A model generated the notes under the pieces. That model was not told where the DNA came from. It made no database searches and saw nothing but the letters and a program-made list of their open reading frames with translations. A stretch of DNA of 64,000 nucleotides from an uncultured Clostridia bacterium (GTDB lineage Bacteria > Bacillota > Clostridia > Christensenellales > Borkfalkiaceae): assembly GCA_944328495.1 (NCBI GenBank), contig CALVHR010000008.1, positions 2,385-66,384 on the forward strand, written 5' to 3'. Of the stretch, positions 21,312 to 31,080 are shown in pieces (positions within the stretch are counted from its first letter, which is position 1; every line of letters starts with the position of its first letter). The translations under genes and the position numbers were made by a program.

Positions 21312-22646
21312 ATGGATTTGTTTGACCTGAACAATAATGAATACGATGCGAAGCCGCTGGCGGATAAAATGCGGCCGAACAACCTCGACGAATTTGTGGG
21401 ACAGAAGCATATCGTGGCGGAAGGGAGCCTTTTGCGAAGGGCGATCAAACTGGACCGATTGGGAAGCTGTATTTTCTGGGGGCCTCCCGGATGCGGCAAG
21501 ACGACCCTTGCGAATATCATAGCTTCCACCACGCACGGAAATTTTGTCAAATTGAATGCGGTGCAAAGCGGGGTGGCGGACGTCAAAAAAGCGGTGGAAG
21601 ATGCCCGAAACGCATTAAAACTCTATAATAAGAAGACGTACCTGTTATTGGATGAATGCCATCGTTTTAATAAGACGCAGTCCGATTCTCTGCTCCCCGC
21701 CATCGAACAGGGTACGATCATTTTTATCGGTTCGACGACGGAAAACCCGTATGCGTCCATGACGCCCGCGATCGTGTCGCGTTGCCGCGTGTTTGAATTC
21801 AAGCGGCTTTCGGATGCGGACATTTTGGGTGCGTTGGAAAAGGCGCTTACGTCCCGTAAAGGGTTGCGCGCATATAACGCGCAGGTGGATCCCGAGGCGC
21901 TTTCGCACATCGCGCATTACGCGGCGGGAGATCTGCGCGCGGCGTACAATGCTCTCGAACTGGCGGTGCTCACCACGCCGCCGCAGTCTGACGGGAAGAT
22001 ACATGTGACGCTTGCGGACGCCGAGGAGTCCATTCAGCGCAAATCCCTTTCGTACAGCGAGGATACCTATTATGATTTTCTGTCCGCGTTTTGTAAAAGT
22101 TTGCGCGGGAGCGATTCGGATGCGGCGCTGTATTATGCGTTTCGCCTGATCGAGGGCGGATGCGATCCCATGCTGATCTTGCGCCGCCTTGTGGTGCATT
22201 CCGCAGAGGATGTAGGAATGGCAGATCCCAACGCGATGGTCGTTGCGGTTTCGGCGCTGCAGGCGTTTGAGAAGCTGGGCGCGCCCGAAGGTCTGATCCC
22301 GATGAGCAACGCGATCGTGTATGTGTGCGAAGCGGAAAAATCCAATTCGGTCATCGTCGCAATGGAAGAGGCGCGCCGTGCGGCGCGCGAAGTGCGGGAC
22401 GATAATATCCCCGCGTACCTGAAAGACAGCTCGTACGGGGACAGGGAAGCGAAAGCGCAGAGAGCAAACTACAAATATCCTCACAACTACGGCGGGTGGG
22501 TGGAACAGCAGTATCTGCCCGACTCTTTAAAAGACGAGGTATTCTATCGCCCGACGGGCAGGGGATACGAAAAGAAGGTGGAGGAGATTCGCAGGGCGAA
22601 GGGAATAAAAAAAGGGGCGTCTCAGGAAAGGGACAAGCGCGAATGA
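21312..22646 (+). CDS. rarA: replication-associated recombination protein A (AAA+ ATPase)
   Basis: Walker A GPPGCGKTT, Walker B LLLDECHRFNK and MgsA C-terminal domain pattern. Confidence 0.9.
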   Translation: MDLFDLNNNEYDAKPLADKMRPNNLDEFVGQKHIVAEGSLLRRAIKLDRLGSCIFWGPPGCGKTTLANIIASTTHGNFVKLNAVQSGVADVKKAVEDARNALKLYNKKTYLLLDECHRFNKTQSDSLLPAIEQGTIIFIGSTTENPYASMTPAIVSRCRVFEFKRLSDADILGALEKALTSRKGLRAYNAQVDPEALSHIAHYAAGDLRAAYNALELAVLTTPPQSDGKIHVTLADAEESIQRKSLSYSEDTYYDFLSAFCKSLRGSDSDAALYYAFRLIEGGCDPMLILRRLVVHSAEDVGMADPNAMVVAVSALQAFEKLGAPEGLIPMSNAIVYVCEAEKSNSVIVAMEEARRAAREVRDDNIPAYLKDSSYGDREAKAQRANYKYPHNYGGWVEQQYLPDSLKDEVFYRPTGRGYEKKVEEIRRAKGIKKGASQERDKRE

Positions 22647-22666
22647 AAGGTGATTTTGAATTTTAG

Positions 22667-22709
22667 TTTGCCGCGCGCCGCATTTTGCGGTGTGCGGCAA
22701 ATTTTTTTG
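22667..22709 (+). terminator. rarA terminator
   Basis: Imperfect TTTGCCGCGCGCCGCA / TGCGGTGTGCGGCAAA hairpin followed by T7. Confidence 0.7.
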
Positions 22710-22839
22710 TGAAAAAATAAAAAAATGTAAGGCAAACGCTTTACTAATTTAGCGCAATAAAGTAAAATAAAAGAAATAAGCCGCGCGAGACGCGGGAAAA
22801 GCAAACAGCCGCAGTAAGGCGGCAAAAAGGAGAAGAAAA

Positions 22840-23628
22840 ATGAAAAAAATTCTGGCATTGATCTGCACGGTGGCGATGCTCGTGACGGGTATCGCGATGT
22901 TTTCGGGGTGTGGGAATGAGATTGTGATACCGGATGAAGAGGGTTATACAATAAAAATCGGTTATACGGAATATGCACCGATGAATTATTATGATGAGAG
23001 CGGCAATTTTGTTGGGCATGATACGGAATTTGCAATCAAATTGTGCGAAGATTTAGGGTACAATTACGAATTTGTTTTTTTAAACAATTGGGATACAAAA
23101 GTAGTTGATTTGGAAGCTGGTCGTATTGATTTAATTTGGAATGGTATGACTATTACGGAAGAACTAAAAGAATCAATACTGATATCTGATCCTTATATGC
23201 AAAATCAACAGGTGTTGGTTGCTCCAAAGGATAAAATTGACGATTACACGGATTTGACGAGTCTACTCAAAGCAGGTTCGATTGTGGTAGAAACAGGTTC
23301 GGCGGCGGAATTGGCTGTAAAGGCAATTGAAGGTATTGATGCATCGAAAGTAAAACCTGCACAGTCCCAGTCAAGAGCGTTGATGGAAGTGGCTGCCTTA
23401 ACTTCTGATGTTGCTGTTATTGATTATACAATGGCTAAATCGATGACAGGAGAGGGAACAAGTTACACAAATTTGACTTATAAAGATGTCGGTTTTGAAA
23501 AAGAAGAATACGGTGTTGGAATCCGTAAGAGTGATTCTGCATTTTTGGAAAAAATAAATGCAAAAATTGCAGAGTATAAAAGTAATGGATATTTGGACAG
23601 TCTGTATGAAAAATATTTTAATAATTAA
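22840..23628 (+). CDS. amino-acid ABC transporter substrate-binding lipoprotein
   Basis: AAAGGAG RBS and lipobox FSGC. Family-3 SBP features (IDLIWNGMTIT, KIGYTEYAPMNYYD). Confidence 0.85.
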   Translation: MKKILALICTVAMLVTGIAMFSGCGNEIVIPDEEGYTIKIGYTEYAPMNYYDESGNFVGHDTEFAIKLCEDLGYNYEFVFLNNWDTKVVDLEAGRIDLIWNGMTITEELKESILISDPYMQNQQVLVAPKDKIDDYTDLTSLLKAGSIVVETGSAAELAVKAIEGIDASKVKPAQSQSRALMEVAALTSDVAVIDYTMAKSMTGEGTSYTNLTYKDVGFEKEEYGVGIRKSDSAFLEKINAKIAEYKSNGYLDSLYEKYFNN

Positions 23629-23657
23629 ATTATTGGCATAAAGGTAATATACAACGA

Positions 23658-24299
23658 ATGTTTTGGGATATTATTTTAGAACTTAGCGAAGGTTTCTTAA
23701 TTACAATTGAAATCTTTGGATTAACATTGATTTTTGCCTTGCCAATTGGTTTATTGATTGCTTTCGGCTCAATGTCAAAAATAAAGCCTATTAAAGCTGT
23801 AATAAAAACAATAGTTTGGATTGTAAGGGGAACACCACTTATGCTTCAAATTATGGTTATATACTATGGCCCGGGATTGGTACTCGGGGTTCGCGGTATT
23901 GGAAATATGTTTGCAGTTTTGATTGCTTTTATATTAAACTACGCCTGCTATTTTTCGGAAATTTACCGCGGCGGGATCGAAAGCATCTCTAAAGGCCAGT
24001 ATGAGGCGGGGCAGGTATTGGGCATGACGCGTTCGCAGATCTTTTTTAAGGTCGTGTTGTTGCAAGTGATTAAGCGAGTTATTCCTCCTATGAGTAACGA
24101 AGTAATGACTTTGGTAAAAGATACTTCTCTTGCAAGAATAATAAGTGTTATTGAAATTCTTTTTGTTGCGGAAACATTTGCATTAAAGGGTATAATTTGG
24201 CCGTTATTTTTTACGGGAATATATTATTTGTTGTTTATCGGCATACTTACAATCGCGTTTGGGCGCGCGGAGAAAAAACTCAACTATTTCCGGGTGTGA
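23658..24299 (+). CDS. amino-acid ABC transporter permease
   Basis: EAA-loop region IYRGGIESISKGQYEAGQVLGMT. Five to six TM segments. Confidence 0.85.
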   Translation: MFWDIILELSEGFLITIEIFGLTLIFALPIGLLIAFGSMSKIKPIKAVIKTIVWIVRGTPLMLQIMVIYYGPGLVLGVRGIGNMFAVLIAFILNYACYFSEIYRGGIESISKGQYEAGQVLGMTRSQIFFKVVLLQVIKRVIPPMSNEVMTLVKDTSLARIISVIEILFVAETFALKGIIWPLFFTGIYYLLFIGILTIAFGRAEKKLNYFRV

Positions 24300-24300
24300 C

Positions 24301-25173
24301 ATGGCATTTCTCGAAGTCAACAATTATCATAAAAAGTTTGGGGAAAACGAGGTTTTGAAAGGTATCTCGTTTTCGCTGGAAAAGGGTGAAGTCCTCGCGA
24401 TCATCGGCTCTTCTGGCGGCGGAAAGACGACGCTTTTGCGCTGTCTGAATTTTTTGGAGATTCCCGACGAAGGGACGCTGACGCTGAACGGAGAAACGCT
24501 GTTTGATGCCTCCGAAAAGAAGCAGAATACCGAATCGCAGATCCGCGAAAAGCGTTTGCACTTTGGTCTGGTATTTCAGCAGTTCAATCTTTTTCCGCAA
24601 TATACGGTCTTTAAAAACATCACTTTGGCGCAAACGCTGTTGGCAAAACAGGATATAAGAACAAAGAAAAAGCAATTTCGCGCAGAGCTTGCTTCACTTT
24701 CCAAGGAAGAGCGGAAGGCGCGAAAAATCGAGCAGAAACATATACTTTCCGAGTTGCAAGACGGTCTGAAAAAGCGCATTGAAAGTCGAGCGGAAGAACT
24801 TTTGGCGCGCGTGGGACTTTCGGAAAAGCGGAATTCCTATCCCTATGAGCTTTCGGGCGGGCAGCAGCAACGCGTTGCGATCGCTCGCGCTTTGGCGTTG
24901 GATCCGGACATATTGTGCTTTGACGAGCCGACCAGTGCGCTCGACCCCGAGCTTACGGGCGAAGTCCTCAAAGTGATCAAAGGATTAAAGTCTTCGGACA
25001 GCACAATGATCGTGGTCACGCACGAAATGGAATTTGCCAAAAGCGTTGCCGATCATGTGATTTTCATAGCGGACGGCGTCATCGAAGAGCAGGGTACGCC
25101 CGAGGAAGTATTCGAGCATCCGAAAAGCGAAAAGACAGCGGCATTTTTGCGTAAATCTTTGGAACAGGTTTGA
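24301..25173 (+). CDS. amino-acid ABC transporter ATP-binding protein (with ~45-aa charged insertion)
   Basis: Walker A GSSGGGKTT, LSGGQQQRVAIARAL and Walker B ILCFDEPTSALD. The insertion KKQFRAELASLSKEERKARKIEQKH... lies between the Q-loop and the signature. Confidence 0.9.
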   Translation: MAFLEVNNYHKKFGENEVLKGISFSLEKGEVLAIIGSSGGGKTTLLRCLNFLEIPDEGTLTLNGETLFDASEKKQNTESQIREKRLHFGLVFQQFNLFPQYTVFKNITLAQTLLAKQDIRTKKKQFRAELASLSKEERKARKIEQKHILSELQDGLKKRIESRAEELLARVGLSEKRNSYPYELSGGQQQRVAIARALALDPDILCFDEPTSALDPELTGEVLKVIKGLKSSDSTMIVVTHEMEFAKSVADHVIFIADGVIEEQGTPEEVFEHPKSEKTAAFLRKSLEQV

Positions 25174-25185
25174 TGGGGCAATGCG

Positions 25186-25461
25186 ATGAAGGGATCTTTG
25201 GAAATGACAAAAGTCCTGTATGAAACGTTGCTTAATTGCAGGACAGAGGAAGATCTGGCGGCTCTTCTTGCCGATCTTTGCACGTATCAGGAAGTGGAAC
25301 AGATGGCGCAGCGAGCGGCGGCGGCGAAACTTCTGATCGAGGGAAAGACATACGCGGAAATCATTGCGCAGACGGATATTTCTTCGGCTACTCTTTCGCG
25401 CGTATCCCGCGCGGTACGTCACGGAAGCGGGGCGTATTCCCGTTTTTTACCGAAAGACTGA
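25186..25461 (+). CDS. TrpR-related YerC/YecD family protein
   Basis: DLCTYQEVEQMAQRAAAAKLL..GKTYAEIIAQTDISSATLSRVSRAV is the family HTH pattern. The start could be 25204 instead. Confidence 0.8.
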   Translation: MKGSLEMTKVLYETLLNCRTEEDLAALLADLCTYQEVEQMAQRAAAAKLLIEGKTYAEIIAQTDISSATLSRVSRAVRHGSGAYSRFLPKD

Positions 25462-25464
25462 AAT

Positions 25465-25491
25465 GAGGCGGCAAAATGCCGCCTCTTTTAT
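25465..25491 (+). terminator. terminator after yerC-like gene
   Basis: GAGGCGGC / GCCGCCTC stem followed by TTTT. Confidence 0.8.
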
Positions 25492-25627
25492 TGTGTGCGC
25501 GCGAAAAAATTTGGTGAAGTGCGGAAAAATGGGTAAATGGGTTGCCGTGGCGCAAAAAATGTGATAAAATATTTTATAACAGTATTTCAGCAAAAGACGG
25601 CCGCAAGGGCCGAAGAGGGGAAGCAAA

Positions 25628-26929
25628 ATGCAGCAGATGTTCAGTCCCGAAATTGAAACGATGAGTCGCAAAGAGATCGCGCAGATGCAGCTCGAACGCA
25701 TGAAGCACATTGTCGCATACGCATACGAGCGTGTTCCGATGTATAAAAAGCGTTTTGACGCAATCGGATTAAAGCCCGAGCACATCAAGACGCTTAAAGA
25801 TGTGGAACTTATTCCGTATACGACCAAGGACGATCTGCGCGACAATTATCCGTTCGGACTGTTTGCCGTGCCGATGAAGCAAATCGTGCGACTGCACGCG
25901 TCGTCGGGAACGACGGGCAAACCCATCGTGGGCGGGTATACGCGCAAAGATCTTGACAATTGGTCGACGTGTATCGCGCGGCTTTTGGTGGCGGCGGGCG
26001 CGACGGACGAAGATATCTTCCATGTCGCCTTCGGATACGGGCTGTTTACAGGCGGATTCGGGTTGCATTACGGCGTGGAAAAATTGGGTGCGACGGTCGT
26101 TCCCGTGTCGTCGGGCAACACCGAGCGTCAGATCATGCTTTTGAAAGATTTCGGTGCGACGGCTTTGATCGCGACGCCGAGCTATGCGATGTATCTTGCG
26201 GAAACGGCGAAAAAGATGGGCGTTTTGGATGAACTGAAAGTGCGGCTTGTGTGTATGGGGGCAGAGGCTTCCACCGCCGAAACGCATCAGGCGCTGCAAG
26301 ATCTTTTGGGCGCATTTCCGACCGAAAATTACGGTCTGACCGAAGTGGGCGGCCCCGGAGTTTCGGGGGAATGCCGTGAAAAAGCGGGCATGCACATCAA
26401 CGAAGACATGTTCTATCCGGAGATCGTCAACATTGAACAGAACAAGGTATTAAAGGAAGGCGAGCAGGGCGAGCTTCTCATTACGACGCTGGTCAAGGAA
26501 GGCATGCCCATTTTGCGTTATCGCACGAAGGACATTACGTCGCTCACATACGAACCTTGCAAGTGCGGCAGGACTCTGGCGCGCATGGCGCGGGTCGTGG
26601 GCAGAACGGACGATATGCTGATCATTCGCGGTGTAAACGTATTCCCTTCGCAGATCGAAGGCGTTCTCATGGGCATGAAGGAACTGGGCAAGACGTACGA
26701 GATCGTCGTAGATCGTGTCAATTACATGGACACCATCGAAGTGCGCGTGGAAGTGGGCGATGCAAATCTTCTTACCGATTACGGAAAGCTTGAAGAGCTG
26801 GTCGCAAAGATCAAGCATGCGCTCCGCGTCGTGTTGCAGATCGATGTCAAAGTAAAACTGGTCGAGCCGTTCTCGATCAAGCGCGCAGAGGGCAAGGTCA
26901 AACGCGTGACCGACCTGCGCAAGAAATAA
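25628..26929 (+). CDS. phenylacetate-CoA ligase family (arylacetate-CoA ligase) paralog 1
   Basis: SSGTTGKP AMP-binding motif, GYGLFTGG block and PaaK-type C-terminal domain. Confidence 0.9.
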   Translation: MQQMFSPEIETMSRKEIAQMQLERMKHIVAYAYERVPMYKKRFDAIGLKPEHIKTLKDVELIPYTTKDDLRDNYPFGLFAVPMKQIVRLHASSGTTGKPIVGGYTRKDLDNWSTCIARLLVAAGATDEDIFHVAFGYGLFTGGFGLHYGVEKLGATVVPVSSGNTERQIMLLKDFGATALIATPSYAMYLAETAKKMGVLDELKVRLVCMGAEASTAETHQALQDLLGAFPTENYGLTEVGGPGVSGECREKAGMHINEDMFYPEIVNIEQNKVLKEGEQGELLITTLVKEGMPILRYRTKDITSLTYEPCKCGRTLARMARVVGRTDDMLIIRGVNVFPSQIEGVLMGMKELGKTYEIVVDRVNYMDTIEVRVEVGDANLLTDYGKLEELVAKIKHALRVVLQIDVKVKLVEPFSIKRAEGKVKRVTDLRKK

Positions 26930-26966
26930 CATTGGAAAAAAACTTATAAGGTAAGGTTATCAGCAT

Positions 26967-28685
26967 ATGAAAAAATTGCTTTTGGGAGATTTTGCCGTTG
27001 CGCGCGGTGCATGGGAAGCGGGGGTAAAGGTTGCCGCCGCGTATCCGGGCACGCCGTCGACGGAGATCACGGAAGAGCTTGCGCGCTATGACGACGTGTA
27101 TAGCGAATGGTCGCCGAACGAAAAAGTGGCGCTGGAAGTAGGGATCGGCGCGTCCATTCGCGGTGCGCGCACCATTGTTTCGATGAAGCACGTAGGATTA
27201 AACGTCGCTTGCGACCCGCTCTTTACGGCGTCGTATACGGGCGTGAACGGCGGGCTGGTCATTGCGGTTGCGGACGATCCGTCTGTATTTTCTTCGCAGA
27301 ACGAACAGGACACGCGTCTGACGGCAGTCAGCGCGCAGGTGCCGGTATTGGAGCCTTCGGACAGCCAGGAAGCCAAAGATTTTGCAAAGCTTGCGTTCGA
27401 GCTTTCCGAAAAGTACGATACGCCCGTCATCCTGCGCATTACGACGCGCGTGGCGCATTCGCAAAGCCTTGTGGAGCTCTGCGATCGCGAAGTGCCGCAG
27501 GGAAAGCCGTATGAGCGAAACATTCCCAAGTATGTCATGATGCCCGCGAACGCGCGCGTAAAGCATACGGTCGTGGAAGAGCGCACCCGCAAACTTTCCG
27601 AGGATTCCAACGAATTTGCGATCAACCGCATCGAAGAAGGGAGCAAAGAGATCGGTATCATCTGTGCGGGCGGCGTGTACGAATATGTAAAAGAGGCTTT
27701 GCCCGATGCGAGCGTATTAAAGCTCGGCACGGTCTGGCCGCTTCCTTATAAACTCATCGAAAAATTTGCAAAGAGCGTCAAGCGCTGCATCGTAGCGGAA
27801 GAGCTGGCGCCTCACCTCGAAACGCAGATCAAAGCACATGGCATTGCCGTCGAAGGCAAAAATATTTTCCCGCTCTGCGGCGAATTTTCCGCGAAACTCA
27901 TCCGCGAAAAGGTACTCGGTGAAACATGCGAGGTAAGAGCGGAAAACGTTCCCGCCCGTCCTCCTGTGCTCTGCGCGGGATGCCCGCACCGCGGCGTCTT
28001 TTACGTGCTGTCCAAACTGAAACTCAATGTTTTGGGTGATATCGGTTGTTACACCTTAGGCGCGGTGCCGCCGCTCGGTTCCATGGACGCGGTCGTGTGC
28101 ATGGGCGCGAGCATCGGCATGGCGATCGGTTTTGACAAGGCGGATCCCGAAGCGCACAAACATTCGGTCGCGGTCATCGGTGATTCGACGTTTATTCACA
28201 GCGGCATCACGGGGCTGATCGACGCAGTTTACAATAAAGCGAAAGTTACCGTCGTGATTTTGGACAACCGCACGACGGGTATGACGGGGCACCAGAACCA
28301 TCCCGCAACGGGCAAGACCATCAAAAACGAACCTACATATGAATTGGATTTGGCGCAGGTTTGCCGCGCGGTCGGGGTAGAGGATGTCGTGACGGTGGAT
28401 CCGGGCAATCTTACGGCGCTCGAACAGGCGGTCAAATCGGCGCTTGCAAACGAAGGCGTATCCGTCGTCATTGCGAAAAAGCCGTGCGCGCTTTTGACAA
28501 AACGCCTTTATAAAGGGTTCAAAGTCAACGAGAAGTGCAAAAAGTGCAAGGCGTGCCTGAAACTTGGGTGTCCTGCGATCGTCAACGGCAAAGACGGGAT
28601 CACGATCGACGTGTCGCTGTGCACGGAATGCGGATTGTGCCAAGGCGTATGCAAATTCGGCGCGATCGACGGGGAGGTAAAATAA
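26967..28685 (+). CDS. iorA: indolepyruvate:ferredoxin oxidoreductase alpha subunit
   Basis: TPP-binding GDSTFIHSG...NR region and two C-terminal 4Fe-4S motifs (CKKCKACLKLGCP, CTECGLCQGVC). Confidence 0.9.
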   Translation: MKKLLLGDFAVARGAWEAGVKVAAAYPGTPSTEITEELARYDDVYSEWSPNEKVALEVGIGASIRGARTIVSMKHVGLNVACDPLFTASYTGVNGGLVIAVADDPSVFSSQNEQDTRLTAVSAQVPVLEPSDSQEAKDFAKLAFELSEKYDTPVILRITTRVAHSQSLVELCDREVPQGKPYERNIPKYVMMPANARVKHTVVEERTRKLSEDSNEFAINRIEEGSKEIGIICAGGVYEYVKEALPDASVLKLGTVWPLPYKLIEKFAKSVKRCIVAEELAPHLETQIKAHGIAVEGKNIFPLCGEFSAKLIREKVLGETCEVRAENVPARPPVLCAGCPHRGVFYVLSKLKLNVLGDIGCYTLGAVPPLGSMDAVVCMGASIGMAIGFDKADPEAHKHSVAVIGDSTFIHSGITGLIDAVYNKAKVTVVILDNRTTGMTGHQNHPATGKTIKNEPTYELDLAQVCRAVGVEDVVTVDPGNLTALEQAVKSALANEGVSVVIAKKPCALLTKRLYKGFKVNEKCKKCKACLKLGCPAIVNGKDGITIDVSLCTECGLCQGVCKFGAIDGEVK

Positions 28686-28686
28686 T

Positions 28687-29241
28687 ATGGATATTCTGAT
28701 CGTCGGCGTCGGCGGGCAGGGAACGTTGCTCGCGAGCCGTGTTCTCGGGAAATACGCATTGGACAAAGGATATGACGTGAAGCTGAGCGAAGTGCACGGC
28801 ATGGCACAGCGCGGCGGGAGCGTTATGACGTATGTCCGCATCGGGGAAAAGATCGCATCGCCCATCATTGACGAGGGCAGCGCGGATTTTATTCTCGCCT
28901 TTGAAAAGCTGGAAGCGCTGCGGTATGCCCACTATCTCAAACCGGACGGAAAGATCCTGTATTCGACGCAGGAGATCATGCCGATGCCCGTGGTGACGGG
29001 TGCGGCCGAATACCCGCAGGGTATCGAGAAAAAACTTACGGGCACCGGCGTGGACGCGCTGTCGCTTGCATTGCAGGCGGGCAATTCCAAAGCGGCGAAC
29101 TCGGTCATGCTGGGTGCGCTGTGCAAAAAACTGAATTTTGATCGGGATGCATTTGAAGCGGCATTGCTGTCATGCATACCGCAAAAGACGATCGATATGA
29201 ACAAGACGGCGTTTGCGCTTGGCTATGCGGCTGTCGAATAA
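28687..29241 (+). CDS. iorB: indolepyruvate:ferredoxin oxidoreductase beta subunit
   Basis: VGVGGQGTLLAS..HGMAQRGGSV 2-oxoacid:ferredoxin oxidoreductase gamma-type motif. Tightly coupled to iorA. Confidence 0.9.
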   Translation: MDILIVGVGGQGTLLASRVLGKYALDKGYDVKLSEVHGMAQRGGSVMTYVRIGEKIASPIIDEGSADFILAFEKLEALRYAHYLKPDGKILYSTQEIMPMPVVTGAAEYPQGIEKKLTGTGVDALSLALQAGNSKAANSVMLGALCKKLNFDRDAFEAALLSCIPQKTIDMNKTAFALGYAAVE

Positions 29242-29259
29242 ACAAAGCGGAGGAAAAAG

Positions 29260-30579
29260 ATGAAGGGAAAACTCAAAGACTACATATATCGACCCGAATA
29301 CGAATGCCTTTCGCGTTCGGAGATGGAAAATTTACAGAGCGAGCGGCTGAAAAAGACAGTCAAATACGTCTATGAAAATTGTAAACCGTATCGAGCGAAG
29401 ATGGATGAATTCAAGATCAAGCCCTCGGACATCAAGAGCGTATCCGATCTTTGCAAATTGCCGTTTACAGTCAAGCACGACCTGCGCGCGGCGTACCCGT
29501 TCGGATTCTATTCGGCGCCTTCGAGCGAGATCGTGGAAGTGCACGCATCCAGCGGCACAACGGGCAAGCTCACGGTCGTCGGATATACACAAAATGATAT
29601 TGACGTATGGGCGGAAGTTGCGGCGCGTTCCCTTGCGATGGCAGGCGTGACCAAAGATTCGCTCGTGCACGTCGCATACGGTTACGGTCTGTTTACGGGC
29701 GGCTTGGGTGCGCATTACGGTGCACAGAAGATCGGTGCGAGCACCGTTCCGGCAAGCGCAGGCAACACCATCCGCCAACTCACCCTGTTGCGCGATTTCG
29801 GTGCGACGCATTTGTGTTGTACCCCTTCGTATGCGATTTTTCTCGGCACCGAGATCCAGAAAGCGGGCATGGATATTAAAGATTTCAATCTTATGGGCGG
29901 GGCGTTCGGCGCGGAGCCTTGGACGTATCCGATGCGCGAAGAGTTGGAGCGTCTTTTGAATATCGATGCGCTGGATATTTACGGGCTTTCGGAGATCAGC
30001 GGTCCGGGCGTTGCGATGGAATGCATGCAGAAAAACGGGAGCCATGTGCAGGAAGACCATTTCATTCCCGAGATCATCGATCCCGAAACGCTGGAACCTC
30101 TGCCCTTCGGGAGCGAAGGCGAACTTGTATTCACGACGATCACCAAGACGGGCCAGCCGCTCATTCGTTACCGTACGCGCGACTTGTGCACGCTGACGGG
30201 CGGAAAGTGCGCCTGCGGCAGAACAACGGTCAAAATGAGCAAGGTCAAAGGCCGTTCGGACGATATGTTGATCATACGCGGAGTGAACGTGTTCCCGTCG
30301 CAGATCGAGGCGGCGATCATGAATGTTTCGGGCGTTTCGCCGCATTATATGATCTATGTTGACCGGATCAATAATCTCGATGTGATGGAGATCGATATCG
30401 AGCTTGCGGGCAATATGACGCCCGATCGCGTTTCGGATATCGAATCGATCAAGAAGAAGGTGGAAACGGAAGTCAATTCGTACATTGGGCTGAGCGCAAA
30501 GATCAAACTCTGCGAGAGCGGATCTATTCAGCGCAGTGAAGGCAAAGCGGTACGCGTGATCGACCGCCGCGATAAATAA
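29260..30579 (+). CDS. phenylacetate-CoA ligase family paralog 2
   Basis: SSGTTGKL, GYGLFTGG and IRGVNVFPSQIE. Clearly diverged from paralog 1. Confidence 0.9.
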   Translation: MKGKLKDYIYRPEYECLSRSEMENLQSERLKKTVKYVYENCKPYRAKMDEFKIKPSDIKSVSDLCKLPFTVKHDLRAAYPFGFYSAPSSEIVEVHASSGTTGKLTVVGYTQNDIDVWAEVAARSLAMAGVTKDSLVHVAYGYGLFTGGLGAHYGAQKIGASTVPASAGNTIRQLTLLRDFGATHLCCTPSYAIFLGTEIQKAGMDIKDFNLMGGAFGAEPWTYPMREELERLLNIDALDIYGLSEISGPGVAMECMQKNGSHVQEDHFIPEIIDPETLEPLPFGSEGELVFTTITKTGQPLIRYRTRDLCTLTGGKCACGRTTVKMSKVKGRSDDMLIIRGVNVFPSQIEAAIMNVSGVSPHYMIYVDRINNLDVMEIDIELAGNMTPDRVSDIESIKKKVETEVNSYIGLSAKIKLCESGSIQRSEGKAVRVIDRRDK

Positions 30580-30601
30580 TCGGGATAAGGAGGAATTGAA
30601 T

Positions 30602-31024
30602 ATGTTGGTGAAACAGCTTTCCGTTTTTATGGAAAACCGTCCGGGCAGACTCTATAAACTGACGCACGCGCTCGGGCAGGAGGGGATCGATTTTGTCACG
30701 CTTTCGATCGCGGACACCAAAGATTTCGGCATCGTGCGTTTTATCGCGCGCGACAACGAAAAAGCGTACGAGATCTTGAAAAATGCGGGCTTTACCGTCG
30801 GGATCACCGAGCTGATCGGCGTGGAAGTGGGCGATCGTCCCAACGCGCTTGCAGAAGTGGTTGCATTGATGGAAGAAGCGAATATGAACATCGAATATCT
30901 GTATTCATTTGTTCTGACCAATCACAATACGGCAAAGATCCTGATGCGTGTGGAAGATACCGATCGCGCAGTACAACTGCTTGAATCCAAGGGGATCAAG
31001 CTTCTTTCCGAAAAAATTCTGTAA
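30602..31024 (+). CDS. ACT domain-containing protein
   Basis: AGGAGG lies 7 nt before the ATG at 30602. Two ACT-like halves (VFMENRPGRL..., VEVGDRPNALAEV...). Confidence 0.8.
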   Translation: MLVKQLSVFMENRPGRLYKLTHALGQEGIDFVTLSIADTKDFGIVRFIARDNEKAYEILKNAGFTVGITELIGVEVGDRPNALAEVVALMEEANMNIEYLYSFVLTNHNTAKILMRVEDTDRAVQLLESKGIKLLSEKIL

Positions 31025-31028
31025 TCAT

Positions 31029-31073
31029 AAAAAAGCGCCCCCGCATCCGAGTAGGATGCGGGGGCGCTTTTTC
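31029..31073. terminator. bidirectional terminator between ACT gene and antiporter gene
   Basis: 18-bp stem AAAAGCGCCCCCGCATCC / GGATGCGGGGGCGCTTTT with A and T runs on either side. Confidence 0.85.
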
Positions 31074-31080
31074 TCCGTGA

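Noticed and set aside
22840-24300. AT-rich block as a mobile element or genomic island
   Set aside because: It has no integrase or transposase, no flanking direct repeats and no tRNA attachment site. The block is internal to a functional operon and is interrupted by host-like patches. I interpret it as allelic mosaicism, not an island.
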